NCBI GenBank assembly: GCA_001789445.1
Contig: MFZQ01000014.1
Span: 11,557-75,556, forward strand
Source: Candidatus Roizmanbacteria bacterium RIFCSPHIGHO2_02_FULL_40_13b
Lineage (GTDB): Bacteria > Patescibacteriota > Microgenomatia > UBA1406 > HO2-37-13b
Direction of reading: 5' to 3'
Length of the DNA: 64,000 bases
Within the stretch, counting starts at the first letter, position 1, and each line of letters begins with the position of its first letter. The notes below the pieces were generated by a model. The model did not search any database. It saw only the letters and a program-made list of their open reading frames with translations, and was not told where the DNA came from. Below are positions 18,955 through 28,638 of this stretch, piece by piece. Position numbers and translations under genes: made by a program.

Positions 18955-20262
18955 TTAAAATAAGAGAATAATACCTGCGCCCAAAAGCATGAGTGCTATT
19001 CCAGAAATTCCAAATAACTCAAATCCAATACCCGAGGGAATAAGTGTAGGTCCCGTAGTTGGTCCACCTGTTACCCCCACAGTTGGAGTAATCACCGGCA
19101 CATCTGTTGGAACGCTTGTTGGAGTCAAGCTCGCTGATCCCGTGGCCTCACCAAGTACATCTTGACCACTTTTTGGAATATTAAATACACGAGTGGCAGT
19201 AAGTACTTTTTGATTTGTATCAATGCTTTTTGCAATGACCGTTTGAGCTCCAACTTTAAGATTAAATTTTGGAACAAATTCCCAAAGTCCTGCAGTATCC
19301 GATTTTATTTCAAACGATCGTGTTTCTTTGGGAAAAGAAAGTGTAACAGATGTGTTTGGAGGCGCGCTCCCTTTGAAAAGTGGTCGAAAACCTGGAATAA
19401 CCGCACTATCTTTGGGGTAATAAATAGCCAAAATTGACGTTTTAGAGTCTTTACTTATACCTGTTTGTGCCCCCAAAATAACTTGTGGTTCTTGTGGAAG
19501 TGAGGATACAAGATTACTATTTTCTCCAAGTTTTACCGAATTTTGAAATGGGCTTACCGCAGAAATTGGTGCAGTAATAAATGAAGAAAGTCCAGATTCA
19601 TTCTCAAATTGAAGATTGACTATTTCAGTTCGAGCGGGATTGTATAGTTCAAATGTTTCTCCGTTGTATAAACAGCAAAGAGAAATTAAAAAACTACCAT
19701 CAGATTTCGTAAATGCACCCATACGTTGACCTTTTCCAACACGAACTTTCAAAAATACATCGGGAATTGGATTACCTGCCGTATCCACTACTTTTCCATA
19801 CAGCGGAGGAAGCGTGGTTGAAATTGCACTTGTCATGAGCGTCGTGAATGAAGTGTATGGTTGTTGATTTGATCCAAACAAAACATTTTCATGATTAATT
19901 TGAAGAAAATACGTTGTTTTGGCAATTAAGTTTTTTAGCGAGAAAAAATGTAGTCGTCGAGGAATTTTGCTTGATTCTATATCGTGTATATCAAGAACAG
20001 TATTTTTAGTTCCTGCAGTGTCCCAATAGATGAGTGTGTCAATAGATGGTTTTTCTGTTTTCCAATAAATATCGGTGCTCGTAGCTGTTTGATTGAGAAT
20101 TTCAACAACAACCGGCCGACTAGTATTACCAAGTGCATCTGGAGAAGAAGTTTGTTTGTGTAAGAAGAAAAAGGGGATCGAAAAAATAAGTCCTACAACA
20201 AGTACTACTAGAATTCCTGGTACGCGCCTTTCATTTGTATATAATTTATAATAGTCGCTCAT
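18955..20262 (-). CDS. Hypothetical surface protein with N-terminal TM and C-terminal hydrophobic anchor (pilus-cluster associated)
   Basis: 435 aa, beta-rich, C-terminus GPTTGPTLIPSGIGFELFGISGIALMLLGAGIILLF, and co-directional with the pilN/pilO-like genes. Confidence 0.35.
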   Translation of the reverse strand: MSDYYKLYTNERRVPGILVVLVVGLIFSIPFFFLHKQTSSPDALGNTSRPVVVEILNQTATSTDIYWKTEKPSIDTLIYWDTAGTKNTVLDIHDIESSKIPRRLHFFSLKNLIAKTTYFLQINHENVLFGSNQQPYTSFTTLMTSAISTTLPPLYGKVVDTAGNPIPDVFLKVRVGKGQRMGAFTKSDGSFLISLCCLYNGETFELYNPARTEIVNLQFENESGLSSFITAPISAVSPFQNSVKLGENSNLVSSLPQEPQVILGAQTGISKDSKTSILAIYYPKDSAVIPGFRPLFKGSAPPNTSVTLSFPKETRSFEIKSDTAGLWEFVPKFNLKVGAQTVIAKSIDTNQKVLTATRVFNIPKSGQDVLGEATGSASLTPTSVPTDVPVITPTVGVTGGPTTGPTLIPSGIGFELFGISGIALMLLGAGIILLF

Positions 20263-20450
20263 TATTCGTGTCTTTTTTGCAAAATATCTAATATAGTCAC
20301 ATCTATTTTAGAAGTTCCTAATGTACTTACCGGTGATTCAACTGCCATAAATTTCTGGGTTGTTGAAATATGATAGATGTCAGCAACAATCCATGTCATT
20401 ATGGTGACAAATATGGTTATTGAGACAATTAATAATTCTTTTTGGTTCAT
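20262..20450 (-). CDS. Small membrane protein (62 aa), possibly PilP-like
   Basis: Single TM segment and a position between the pilO-like gene and the large surface protein gene, with overlapping stops and starts. Confidence 0.3.
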   Translation of the reverse strand: MNQKELLIVSITIFVTIMTWIVADIYHISTTQKFMAVESPVSTLGTSKIDVTILDILQKRHE

Positions 20451-20452
20451 AG

Positions 20453-21028
20453 TTATAGATAAAACAAATCAAGTGATATTTCTAGTCGAACGTGAGCACT
20501 TTCTGATGCATTCTGGTTTGTTTTCAATATATGTAAATTTTTAATCACTTTTATTCTTCGTTGACTTGATAATTCCTTGAAAAAAGCAGTCGTTTGATCA
20601 TAATTTCCTTCTAGTACCATTGCTACAGTATATTGTGAGGGGATTTTTCCATTAGAAACTAAATTCACATTTGTTGTATTTAATTGTAGGATACTTACTC
20701 CCGCTGCTGCTGCTGAATTTTTTAACGACTGAAATAAAACTGCTATTTTTGGTGTTGAAGGAAGTGCTTGATCAAGTAAATAAATGCGATCTCGTATTTG
20801 TTCCAGTTGACTCTGGAGATCGACTAATTGATTTAATTCAGCCTCATAGGTGTCGTTAACAACCCGCAAGTCTTTTTCTTCACGTTGCAATGAAAAAGCT
20901 ATTGAAATAACCGGTTTTATAACAAAGAGTGCAAAAAAAGACGAAATAAGAAAAAAGAGCGTCACATATGTATAGTCCTTAACTTTTTTATTTGAACTTA
21001 TATTTTTTGCAATTTCTTTTATATTCAT
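20453..21028 (-). CDS. Type IV pilus assembly protein PilO-like
   Basis: N-terminal TM plus coiled coil, about 190 aa, and a position after pilN. Confidence 0.45.
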   Translation of the reverse strand: MNIKEIAKNISSNKKVKDYTYVTLFFLISSFFALFVIKPVISIAFSLQREEKDLRVVNDTYEAELNQLVDLQSQLEQIRDRIYLLDQALPSTPKIAVLFQSLKNSAAAAGVSILQLNTTNVNLVSNGKIPSQYTVAMVLEGNYDQTTAFFKELSSQRRIKVIKNLHILKTNQNASESAHVRLEISLDLFYL

Positions 21029-21543
21029 ACGTCAAGTGCTATTGAAAAAATAAAACCATTAGTATCTTTTATAACCGTATCAATTTTTACCTTCGAGAAC
21101 CGCTTGTCCTTGGAAAGCGTCGTATTTAGGTACTGAATTACTGCAATTGATGTCGCATGTGCTTTAAGTGTAATTCCATTCTCATTAATTCCAAAATCAA
21201 AAAGAATTACACCATCGGGAATTTTTGAAAGGACATCATTTATGAGAGAATTTACTTCGTTTTCTTTAGAAAGCTCTTTTTTTATAGAATCTGTCTTCAG
21301 ACTTACTGCTTGAGCCTCAATTACAATTGGTTTTGTAATCTTAATTATTTCTTGTTTTTGAGTAACTTTCTCTTTTAAATCTACAATTTGCTGATCAATA
21401 CTAAACCGGAAGAAAAAAACGATAATAACAACAATTTGAGTTATTACAATAATATAGCGTAAATAATGAAGCGCAAAATACAAAATCTTCTCGGTAACAC
21501 CGCGTTCCTTCTCTCCTAATAGATTAATACCATGTTTACTCAT
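21025..21543 (-). CDS. Type IV pilus assembly protein PilN-like
   Basis: N-terminus MSKHGINLLGEK (the INLL start typical of PilN), a TM segment and about 170 aa. Confidence 0.5.
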   Translation of the reverse strand: MSKHGINLLGEKERGVTEKILYFALHYLRYIIVITQIVVIIVFFFRFSIDQQIVDLKEKVTQKQEIIKITKPIVIEAQAVSLKTDSIKKELSKENEVNSLINDVLSKIPDGVILFDFGINENGITLKAHATSIAVIQYLNTTLSKDKRFSKVKIDTVIKDTNGFIFSIALDV

Positions 21544-21800
21544 TTTTTCTTATTAGCGCTTTTTGCAACTCTTGATTTGAGTCGTGCGGCTTTATTTTTG
21601 TGAATAACGCGCTTTTTGGCAGCTTTATCTATTAGTGAAGATGCTTTTGAGAGTAACGATTTTGTCTTTGCACCCTTTGATGCGACACTTTTCTTTACAG
21701 CTTTCACTACTATTTTATATTTTTTCTTTGCAACTAGGTTACGACCTGTACGCACTTTATCTTTTCTAAGCTTTTTTTTGGCAGATTTTATTATTGGCAT
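21540..21800 (-). CDS. rpsT: 30S ribosomal protein S20
   Basis: MPIIKSAKKKLRKDKVRT...VIHKNKAARLKSRVAKS matches S20. Start taken at MPIIKS (ATG at 21800) with GGTGA 5 nt upstream. Confidence 0.85.
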   Translation of the reverse strand: MPIIKSAKKKLRKDKVRTGRNLVAKKKYKIVVKAVKKSVASKGAKTKSLLSKASSLIDKAAKKRVIHKNKAARLKSRVAKSANKKK

Positions 21801-21866
21801 AAAAATCACCCCCTTTATTAAGTGTAATTAATAGTCGTGGAATATACAATATGATGAGTATAGCAG

Positions 21867-22027
21867 ATGGGAGAGGTTAAGAGGAGGTGATGGGGAGATA
21901 GGGTGGGGCAGAGGAGAGGAAGAGATGAGAAAAACAGAGAGGGAGACTTCTGCTTTTTTCCCATCCTCCTTTCTCCACTCCTCTCATCCCCCCTATCTCC
22001 CTATCCTCTCCTCCCCTCCTCTCTCCC
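21867..22027. repeat. Polypurine arm / polypyrimidine arm hairpin element (copy A) immediately upstream of a TATAAT box and murJ
   Basis: An 86 nt GA-rich arm (21867-21952), then ttctgc, then a CT-rich arm (21955-22027). The arms are imperfect reverse complements (GGGGAGATAGGG / CCCTATCTCCC). A 32-mer ATCTCCCTATCCTCTCCTCCCCTCCTCTCTCC is shared with copy B with one mismatch. Confidence 0.6.
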
Positions 22028-22047
22028 AAATGATATAATCAAACATA

Positions 22048-23673
22048 ATGGACACCTTTCTGAACAATACCAAAAAAATCATTTTTCATAGGCAAAAGGA
22101 TATTTTATCTTCAGCACTTATCCTATCGCTCATGACACTTTTATCAAGTATTTTTGGCTTTGTAAGGCTCCATACACTTGCCTCATTTTACACTAAAGAA
22201 CAACTTGGCCTCTTTTTTGCAGCTTTTCGCATTCCTGATTTCGTTTTTGAAATACTTATAACCGGAGCACTTTCAAGCGCATTTATACCTCTATTTGTCA
22301 AATATAAACAAGATGATTTGAAACTTTCTGAAAATATCTCAAGCATCATTAATTTTGTCCTTGTTGCAATGATATTTTTCGTAATTATTATTATTTTTAG
22401 TACTCCATTATTAACCCCCATCGTAACACCTGGATTTGATCGTGAAAAGACGATGCTTGTTATTTCATTTACTCAAATTTTGCTTGTTTGTCAATTACCA
22501 CTTCTTGTTATTGGTAATATTTTGTCTGGAATTTCTCAGGCAAGTAAAATTTTTGTAATTACGGCGATTGCCCCCGTTGTATATAACCTTGGTATTATTT
22601 TTGGGACTATTTTTCTTTCTTCCTCACTTGGAATATATGCACCTGTTGTCGGTGTGATTATTGGAAGTATTTTATTTTTGGCAACACAAATACCAATTGT
22701 ATTTTTTGTCTCTTTTAAATATCAAATACGCGCATTTAGGAAAAGTGCTCTACATGAATTTGTCCATCTTTTTACTCCACGTATGCTTTCTGTTCTAACA
22801 ACTCAAATTGATCTTTTTGTAGATCTTGCCCTTGCAAGTCTTTTTGGTCCTGCAGGAGTGACAATTTTTGTGTTTGCACAAAGATTGCAATTTTTTCCCG
22901 TATCGTTTTTTGGCATGTCGTTTGGACAAGCATCCCTCCCCTATTTAAGCGATTTATATAAAGAGAATAAGCTTGAAGAAATACGAAAAATATTTATAAA
23001 CTCAATATTACAATTATTATTTTTATCAATCCCCGTATCGTTTTTTTTTATTTTTGCCCGGACTCCAATCGTACGATTCTTTGTTGGAGGACAAAAATTT
23101 GACTGGGAGGGTACGGTAAAAACCGCACGTGTATTGTCATATTTTGCAGTGTCTATACCATTTCATACGCTTTTCTATTTTGTAACCCGAGCATTTTATG
23201 CTACTCATAATACTAAAATACCTTTTTTTGTAAATTTTTCATCGAGCATTATTAACACCGTATTGAGCATTCTTTTGATTGTATATTTAAAATTACCTGT
23301 TTGGTATTTGGGTATGAGCTTCTCAATTACTATGATTTTGAATATTTCAGTACTCTTATTCTTGTTTCGTAGAGAAATCGGTGGCTTTGAACTTAAAAAA
23401 CTTTTACTAAACACATCGAAAATCTATTTTATTGCCGCAATTTCTGCCGCAGTATCTTTTCCTGCAATGAAACTTATCGATGGGCTTATTCTCGATACTT
23501 CTCGTACAATAAACCTATTCCTCTTGCTTATTATTATAGGTACAACGTATACTGGTGTTTATCTTTTTCTTTCATGGTTATTTACGATTGAAGAAATTTA
23601 TTTACTTGGAAATTTATTAATTAAGATTCGAGATATTAAACGTATATTAGTTGAAATGTGGACATCTGATTAA
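22048..23673 (+). CDS. murJ: Lipid II flippase MurJ (MviN)
   Basis: 541 aa, about 14 TM segments, and a conserved N-terminal region (RIPDFVFEILITGALSSAFIPLF). Confidence 0.8.
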   Translation: MDTFLNNTKKIIFHRQKDILSSALILSLMTLLSSIFGFVRLHTLASFYTKEQLGLFFAAFRIPDFVFEILITGALSSAFIPLFVKYKQDDLKLSENISSIINFVLVAMIFFVIIIIFSTPLLTPIVTPGFDREKTMLVISFTQILLVCQLPLLVIGNILSGISQASKIFVITAIAPVVYNLGIIFGTIFLSSSLGIYAPVVGVIIGSILFLATQIPIVFFVSFKYQIRAFRKSALHEFVHLFTPRMLSVLTTQIDLFVDLALASLFGPAGVTIFVFAQRLQFFPVSFFGMSFGQASLPYLSDLYKENKLEEIRKIFINSILQLLFLSIPVSFFFIFARTPIVRFFVGGQKFDWEGTVKTARVLSYFAVSIPFHTLFYFVTRAFYATHNTKIPFFVNFSSSIINTVLSILLIVYLKLPVWYLGMSFSITMILNISVLLFLFRREIGGFELKKLLLNTSKIYFIAAISAAVSFPAMKLIDGLILDTSRTINLFLLLIIIGTTYTGVYLFLSWLFTIEEIYLLGNLLIKIRDIKRILVEMWTSD

Positions 23674-23678
23674 AATCT

Positions 23679-24944
23679 ATGAAAAGCAATGCAAATACAA
23701 ACAAATTAAATGCTATCGAAACAATAAAAAAGAAACTTATTGGTAAAACATTAACGTACCATGAAATATTCAATTTAATGGACGAAATTGCACACCATAA
23801 GATGGGTGACATTCTTACTACCTATTTCGTAGCTTCTTCTTTTCAACAAGGATTTTCCGAAGAAGAACTGTACCATTTCACAAAGGCAATGGTTGAAACA
23901 GGTAAGAAAATAAAATTTGATGGAATTGTTGCCGATAAACACTGCATAGGTGGAATTGCAGGAACGCGCACAAGTATGATTATTGTTCCGATTATTGCCG
24001 CGGCAGGCTTTAAAATTCCCAAACTCTCCTCACGGGCAATTACCTCTCCGGCAGGAACTGCCGACAGTATGGAAACACTTGCCCAAGTAAGTTTTAAAGT
24101 AGATAAGGTTCATGATATTGTTGAAAAAGTTGGTGGGTGTATTGTGTGGAATGGAAACATGGGAATTGCCCCTGCTGACGACATTATTATTCAAGTAGAA
24201 GAGCCGCTTTCTTTTGAATCATATGATAAGGTAATTGTATCAATAATGGCAAAAAAAATTGCCGTTTCAGCAAATCACCTTATTCTAGATATTCCAGTTG
24301 GAGCTACTATGAAGGTCCGTAATACAGAAGACGCAGAGAAAATCGCAGCAAAGTTTAAACGACTTGCAAAACGATTTAATATAGAAATAACAATTGATAT
24401 AAATTATATGTATGAACCTGCAGGTCGTGGTGTAGGGCCGGCACTTGAGGCCTTAGACGTACTTTATATATTAGAACAAAGTCCGCTTAGACCAATTAAT
24501 CTTGAAAAAAAGGCGCTTCGGCTAACTGGTAAATTATTGGATAGTTGCTTTAAGCATGCTCAGATTGATAAAGATGGGGAAAAAGAGGCATTACATTTAT
24601 TACAAAGCGGGCAGGCACTAAAAAAATTCAAAGAAATAATTAAAGCACAAGATGGTGACGATCACGTTACATCACGTTCATTTACTATAAAAGGACACAA
24701 TGCAGAGCTTAAAGCAATTCATTCAGGAAAAATTTCAAAAGTTAATAACTTTAATATAAACACAATCGCACGAATACTTGGTGCGCCTGAAGATCAATAT
24801 GCTGGTATTTACTTGTTGAAAAGACGAGGAGAATCAATTAAAAAAGGTGAAGCACTTTTACGATTTCACTCAACAGATAAATATAAGCTAAAAGAAGCAC
24901 AAGATACAATTATCAATATTCCAATATATACAATAGAAAAATGA
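23679..24944 (+). CDS. Thymidine/AMP phosphorylase family protein (DeoA-like)
   Basis: DKHCIGGIAGTRTS motif (compare thymidine phosphorylase DKHSTGGVGD). 421 aa with a glycosyltransferase family 3 layout. Confidence 0.75.
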   Translation: MKSNANTNKLNAIETIKKKLIGKTLTYHEIFNLMDEIAHHKMGDILTTYFVASSFQQGFSEEELYHFTKAMVETGKKIKFDGIVADKHCIGGIAGTRTSMIIVPIIAAAGFKIPKLSSRAITSPAGTADSMETLAQVSFKVDKVHDIVEKVGGCIVWNGNMGIAPADDIIIQVEEPLSFESYDKVIVSIMAKKIAVSANHLILDIPVGATMKVRNTEDAEKIAAKFKRLAKRFNIEITIDINYMYEPAGRGVGPALEALDVLYILEQSPLRPINLEKKALRLTGKLLDSCFKHAQIDKDGEKEALHLLQSGQALKKFKEIIKAQDGDDHVTSRSFTIKGHNAELKAIHSGKISKVNNFNINTIARILGAPEDQYAGIYLLKRRGESIKKGEALLRFHSTDKYKLKEAQDTIINIPIYTIEK

Positions 24945-25912
24945 GACTAAAAAAAAGTTATATATTTATTTGCATTTTCGTAATTATTTCTATCGGATTC
25001 TTCCTTTTTTACAAGGAAGGAAGTTTACCGGTAAATAAAACGGATAAAGGAACAAGACTTTTTGTGATAAATCGTGGGGATGGCCTTATTAATATCACTA
25101 ATCGGCTTGATAAAGAGGGTCTGATACGAAGTAAAACTGTTTTCTACATAATCACTCGACTTAACGGACTAGAGAATAAAATAGAGGCTGGTGATTTTCG
25201 CCTTTCACCTTCAATGACCAGTGAACAGATTGCAAAAACCCTTACGAAAGGTACACTTGATATATGGGTCACCGTTATTGAAGGGTTGCGCCGGGAAGAA
25301 ATTGCCGATATTCTTTCTGAAACCCATGGAATTGACAAATTGGAATTTATGGATAAGGCAGTTGAAGGATATCTTTTCCCCGATACGTACCTTATTCCAA
25401 AAGATGCATCTGTTGATATGATTCTTTCAATTTTTAAAAATAATTTCGATTCAAAATATAACGGAAATATAGAGTCACTTGCACAAAAAAAACAGCTGAA
25501 TCGAATGCAAGTTATTACCTTAGCATCCCTTGTTGAAAAAGAAGCTCGCAGTTTTGAAAATCGAACAATTGTGGCATCAATTATGCTAAAACGATATAAA
25601 AATGGGTGGCCTTTAGATCTCGATGCCACTGTCCAGTATGCACTTGGTTACCAATCCGATTCAAAAACATGGTGGAAAAAAAATTTGACAAGAGAAGATA
25701 TTAAAATAAATTCTTTATACAATACCTATAAAAATGCCGGTCTTCCACCAGGTCCAATTTGCAATCCGGGTCTTGATTCAATAAAAGCAGTCCTTGCCGC
25801 AGACGAAAAAACTCCCTATTGGTTTTACATTTCCTCTCGGGACGGATCGGTTATGCATTATGCGCAAACACAAGAAGAACATGATGAGAATATTAGAAAA
25901 TATTTAAATTAA
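24941..25912 (+). CDS. mltG: Endolytic murein transglycosylase MltG (YceG)
   Basis: N-terminal TM and the YceG-like signature YNTYKNAGLPPGPICNPGLDSIKAVL. Confidence 0.85.
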   Translation: MRLKKSYIFICIFVIISIGFFLFYKEGSLPVNKTDKGTRLFVINRGDGLINITNRLDKEGLIRSKTVFYIITRLNGLENKIEAGDFRLSPSMTSEQIAKTLTKGTLDIWVTVIEGLRREEIADILSETHGIDKLEFMDKAVEGYLFPDTYLIPKDASVDMILSIFKNNFDSKYNGNIESLAQKKQLNRMQVITLASLVEKEARSFENRTIVASIMLKRYKNGWPLDLDATVQYALGYQSDSKTWWKKNLTREDIKINSLYNTYKNAGLPPGPICNPGLDSIKAVLAADEKTPYWFYISSRDGSVMHYAQTQEEHDENIRKYLN

Positions 25913-28026
25913 ATATCCCCCATCGCTTCTGGTTCAGCACCATCATCTATCGCACTCTGGCGACGAAGCACTTCGCGCGGTTTTGATCCTTCGGCGCCGC
26001 TCACAAATCCTTCTTCTTCAAGCTGATCAAGAAGCTTAGCCGCACGAGCGTACCCAATAGAAAGTTTGCGTTGTAAAAGCGAAGACGATGCTTTTCCAAA
26101 TGAACTTATTACATCGATAGCTTGATTGAAAAGTGCATCATGGTTTTCGTTCCCACTCCCAACTGTCCTTCCCCCACTTCCTTTGAGTGCAACATCTTGA
26201 TTTACAACTTCTTCAGTGTAGTGAACTGCAGGAACATTTTGCTTTATGAAAGTTACAACAGCCGCCGCATCTTTTTCTGAAAGAAAAGGACTTTGAATAC
26301 GACGTGGTTTAGCTTGATCTGGAGGCAAAAATAACATATCTCCTTTCCCTAAAAGCTTTTCAGCGCCTGGCGTGTCGAGGACAACACGAGAGTCGATCAT
26401 ACTCGCTACATTGAATGCTATCCGTGACGGGATATTTGCCTTCATGAGTCCGGTAATAACATCGACCGATGGTCGCTGGGTAGCAAGAATCAGATGAATT
26501 CCGGTTGCACGTGCCATTTGGGCAATTCTAGTAATAAGCTCTTCTGCATCCCGCGCAGAAAACATCATAAGGTCTGCAAGCTCATCTATAATAAAAATTA
26601 TGTACGGATACTTTTCCACTCCAGTTATTTGATTATATCCTTCAATATTTCGAGCACTCATTTTGGCAAATTGTTTGTACCTATTTTCCATCTCGCCCAC
26701 TGTCCATTTGAGTGCAGAAATTATCTTTTCTGGATCAACAATAACTTCAGTCATCAGATGGGGAATTCCGTTGTACAGTCCTAGTTCAACCCGTTTTGGA
26801 TCAACAAGGATGAGACGAAGGTCAGATGGTTTGGTACGAAACAAAAATGAACAAATCCACGCATTTAGAATAACTGACTTTCCCGCCCCTGTTGTTCCGG
26901 CAATAAGTACATGTGGCATTCTGCCAATATCAACAACTTGTGGGGTTCCCGAAACATCCAGGCCCAAGGGAACAAGGAGAGGGTTATTACTTTTTGTCAT
27001 TATATCCTCGCCAAGCATGCGTTTGAGTGCGACAATTTCCCCTTTCTTATTTGGAATTTCTATCCCAACAAGTGAGCGGCCTGGAATTGGTGCCTCTATA
27101 CGAACTTGGCCTGTAGATGCTGCAATAGCAAGCGCAAGATCATTTGAAAGTGCAGTAATTTTTGAAAGTTTGGTTCCCATGACAATCTCAAGCGCGTATT
27201 GAGTAACCGTGGGACCTTTATTTACCTCAACAACTCGGGCACGAATTCCAAAACTATCAAGTGTGCGCTCAATAATTTCAGAGTTCTTCTTAACATCGCC
27301 ACGGTCTGCCTCGGTTTGTTCAATATCAGAAAGTAGAGAAAGTGGTGGAAAAACCCACTGCGACTGTGTTTTGGAAAGTGGGCGTATCGTCAGTTCGCCT
27401 TGACTATTGGGCAGTGCATGTGTTGGTACAGTAACAGGTCTTCTCTTATCTTGAATGTATTCATTATCTGATTCTGATTTTGATTGTCGTTTTGAAAATA
27501 AATCCGATTGTTTTTTTAGTCCTTCAATGAATGATTTAACTATTCCAGCAATGAAAACGAGGAACGCATCGATCGAAGTATTTAAAAATACAATCCCTCC
27601 AACAACAATCGTCGTAAAGAGGATAATGAGAGCACCAAAAAGTGAAAAGTCTTGTTTGAGATTATCAAATACAACATTTCCATAACTACCTGAATGTGTA
27701 AGTCCAAGTACACCGATAAAAAGAAGTAAAAGTCCAAGTGTAATATGAGGTCTAATAATTTTCAGTTTTTTTGAATTAAAAAAATGGGTGCCTAAAAGAA
27801 GTAATAAAATAGGAACAAATAGTGAAACTGTTCCAAATCCATCTGCGAGCTTAGCGTTAATGGTAATTAAAATCGATCCTTGTTGTAAATATGAAAGCAA
27901 AAGGAGTAAAGAAAACCCAATAAGAAGGAAGCCAAGTATCGTAAAAAAAGAGCGCTGATTAATTTTTAATTTCAAGAAAGGGAGTTTGATTTTGAAAAAT
28001 TTCTTAGTCCTGGCCATATACATCAA
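25909..28026 (-). CDS. ftsK: DNA translocase FtsK/SpoIIIE
   Basis: N-terminal TM segments, Walker A GTTGAGKSV, and a C-terminal gamma winged helix (LLQRKLSIGYARAAKLLDQLEEEGFV). Confidence 0.9.
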   Translation of the reverse strand: MMYMARTKKFFKIKLPFLKLKINQRSFFTILGFLLIGFSLLLLLSYLQQGSILITINAKLADGFGTVSLFVPILLLLLGTHFFNSKKLKIIRPHITLGLLLLFIGVLGLTHSGSYGNVVFDNLKQDFSLFGALIILFTTIVVGGIVFLNTSIDAFLVFIAGIVKSFIEGLKKQSDLFSKRQSKSESDNEYIQDKRRPVTVPTHALPNSQGELTIRPLSKTQSQWVFPPLSLLSDIEQTEADRGDVKKNSEIIERTLDSFGIRARVVEVNKGPTVTQYALEIVMGTKLSKITALSNDLALAIAASTGQVRIEAPIPGRSLVGIEIPNKKGEIVALKRMLGEDIMTKSNNPLLVPLGLDVSGTPQVVDIGRMPHVLIAGTTGAGKSVILNAWICSFLFRTKPSDLRLILVDPKRVELGLYNGIPHLMTEVIVDPEKIISALKWTVGEMENRYKQFAKMSARNIEGYNQITGVEKYPYIIFIIDELADLMMFSARDAEELITRIAQMARATGIHLILATQRPSVDVITGLMKANIPSRIAFNVASMIDSRVVLDTPGAEKLLGKGDMLFLPPDQAKPRRIQSPFLSEKDAAAVVTFIKQNVPAVHYTEEVVNQDVALKGSGGRTVGSGNENHDALFNQAIDVISSFGKASSSLLQRKLSIGYARAAKLLDQLEEEGFVSGAEGSKPREVLRRQSAIDDGAEPEAMGDI

Positions 28027-28077
28027 TTATTGTAAGCTATAGTGTGCGAGAATGTCAAAGGAATTACAAATGCACCT

Positions 28078-28113
28078 TAAATACTTCGATTATTCGAATA
28101 ATCGAAGTATTTA
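28078..28113. promoter_or_regulatory. 36 bp perfect palindrome in the ftsK/nudix divergent intergenic region (candidate operator)
   Basis: tAAATACTTCGATTATTCG|AATAATCGAAGTATTTa is its own reverse complement, checked base by base. Confidence 0.5.
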
Positions 28114-28167
28114 TGAGTTATTTATTTTTCATCCAAAAATATTTATGGAGATGCTATAATTTCGGGT

Positions 28168-28620
28168 ATGAAAGATGCTCGAGAAAAAAAGATTGGAGTT
28201 GGAACGGGAGTACTTATCCTAAACAAAGGAAAAGTTCTACTTGGAAAACGAAATCAAGATCCAAAAAAAACCTCGAGTCTTCTCCATGGAGATGGTACAT
28301 GGACAATGCCTGGAGGAAAGCTTGATTTTGGTGAATCGTTTGAAGAAGGCGCAAAACGAGAGACACTTGAAGAAACTGGACTGATTTTAAATGAAATCGA
28401 GATTGTTTGCGTAAACAACGATATTGTAGATACTGCACATTTTGTGACAATCGGAGTCTTATGTAGAGATGATTTTGAAGGCCAGCCACGAGTTATGGAG
28501 CCTGAAAAAATCACCGATTGGCAATGGTTTGATCTAAAGAATCTTCCCGCTCCACTCTATTTTCCAAGTCAACGAGTTCTCGATAACTATTTAAAACAAA
28601 AGTTTTACATTTCAAGATAA
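28168..28620 (+). CDS. NUDIX hydrolase
   Basis: Nudix box GGKLDFGESFEEGAKRETLEETGL. Confidence 0.8.
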   Translation: MKDAREKKIGVGTGVLILNKGKVLLGKRNQDPKKTSSLLHGDGTWTMPGGKLDFGESFEEGAKRETLEETGLILNEIEIVCVNNDIVDTAHFVTIGVLCRDDFEGQPRVMEPEKITDWQWFDLKNLPAPLYFPSQRVLDNYLKQKFYISR

Positions 28621-28638
28621 TTTCTTCCTCACCCCGAC

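Noticed and set aside
26663-27202. 179 aa ORF antisense within ftsK
   Set aside because: It lies entirely inside a confidently identified gene on the other strand and has no motifs. Typical spurious antisense ORF.
28044-28325. 93 aa ORF overlapping the nudix gene in another frame
   Set aside because: The Nudix box is in the 28168 frame. The alternative frame is basic low-complexity.
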